IMG/VR virus record: IMGVR_UViG_3300025540_000004
Reading direction: 5' to 3' (one strand)
Length of the DNA stretch: 31,527 bases
Source of the DNA: a virus
Shown here: in pieces, positions 31,401-31,527 of the stretch
Numbering within the stretch: position 1 is the stretch's first letter
How the letters are laid out: every line of letters starts with the position of its first letter
Notes under the pieces: generated by a model
The model's input: the letters and a program-made list of their open reading frames with translations, nothing else
What the model was told of the DNA's origin: nothing
The model's database searches: none
Translations under genes and position numbers: made by a program

Positions 31401-31527
31401 ACCTTGCATGACAGCGATCGTCCAGCCCAAGCCTATTTCCACTGCCTATACGCTGGCCTCATTAAGGGCGTGCTTTAGCGTTTACCTATTCCGCCACTAC
31501 CTCGTTTGCAACGTCATGGCAATGACC
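31401..31527. repeat. Terminal direct repeat, copy B.
   Basis: Exact 127-nt match to bases 1-127. Confidence 0.9.

Noticed and set aside
31389-31407. On the minus strand, the hairpin CAAGGTGCAAATCCTTG resembles the GGTGnnAAnTCC element of cobalamin, SAM-I and FMN riboswitches.
   Set aside because: The other conserved blocks are absent around it. There is no B12 box GCCACTG, no SAM-I GAGGGA/GGCAACC, and no FMN core.
1-31527. A search of both strands for CRISPR arrays, reverse transcriptase (retron or DGR), transposases and known multi-gene defence systems.
   Set aside because: - No spaced repeat array was found.
- No RT-like (YxDD) or DDE/HUH transposase-like ORF was found.
- No ATPase or nuclease cassette lies outside the standard phage modules.

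The only accessory candidates are the single-gene moron and the small RNA/peptide units reported in the findings.

Overview
The window is a complete, circularly closed temperate siphovirus genome of about 31.4 kb, of the Bacillota type (modules resemble B. subtilis skin, PBSX and phi105). Bases 1-127 are repeated exactly at 31401-31527, which I read as a circular-assembly overlap, so the unique length is 31,400 bp.

Nearly all genes are on the minus strand. In transcription order they run:
- a Cro-like gene and early regulators (1751 down to 373)
- an unusual GC-rich, ORF-free island that crosses the junction (330..1 and 31400..31355)
- small early genes, then a YqaJ-type exonuclease, RecT, a DnaD-like replisome organiser with embedded iterons, a dimeric dUTPase and a DUF1064 nuclease
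- an ArpU-like late regulator
- TerS, TerL, portal, MuF-like protein, scaffold, capsid and connectors
- major tail protein, frameshifted chaperones, tape measure, Dit, Tal and a tail fibre
- a membrane protein, holin and signal-peptide GH25/LysM endolysin
- a large serine recombinase

On the plus strand are only a CI-like repressor and a membrane-protein moron.

Most interesting:
1. A roughly 380-nt island at about 50% G+C with no ORFs and several helices. It sits at the head of the long minus-strand gene array. It is a candidate structured RNA of unknown class.
2. An unannotated 35-aa hydrophobic peptide ORF that converges on a strong plus-strand promoter/terminator mini-unit, a type I toxin-antitoxin-like layout. 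Two further plus-strand mini-units lie in rare intergenic gaps.
3. A switch with five TTGCA-N5-TGCAA operators around a consensus promoter.
4. Intrinsic terminators directly in front of the late regulator and terS with no room for a promoter.
5. A tail fibre ending in a polysaccharide-deacetylase-like domain.

All calls come from reading the sequence and from recalled family motifs. No database search was run.
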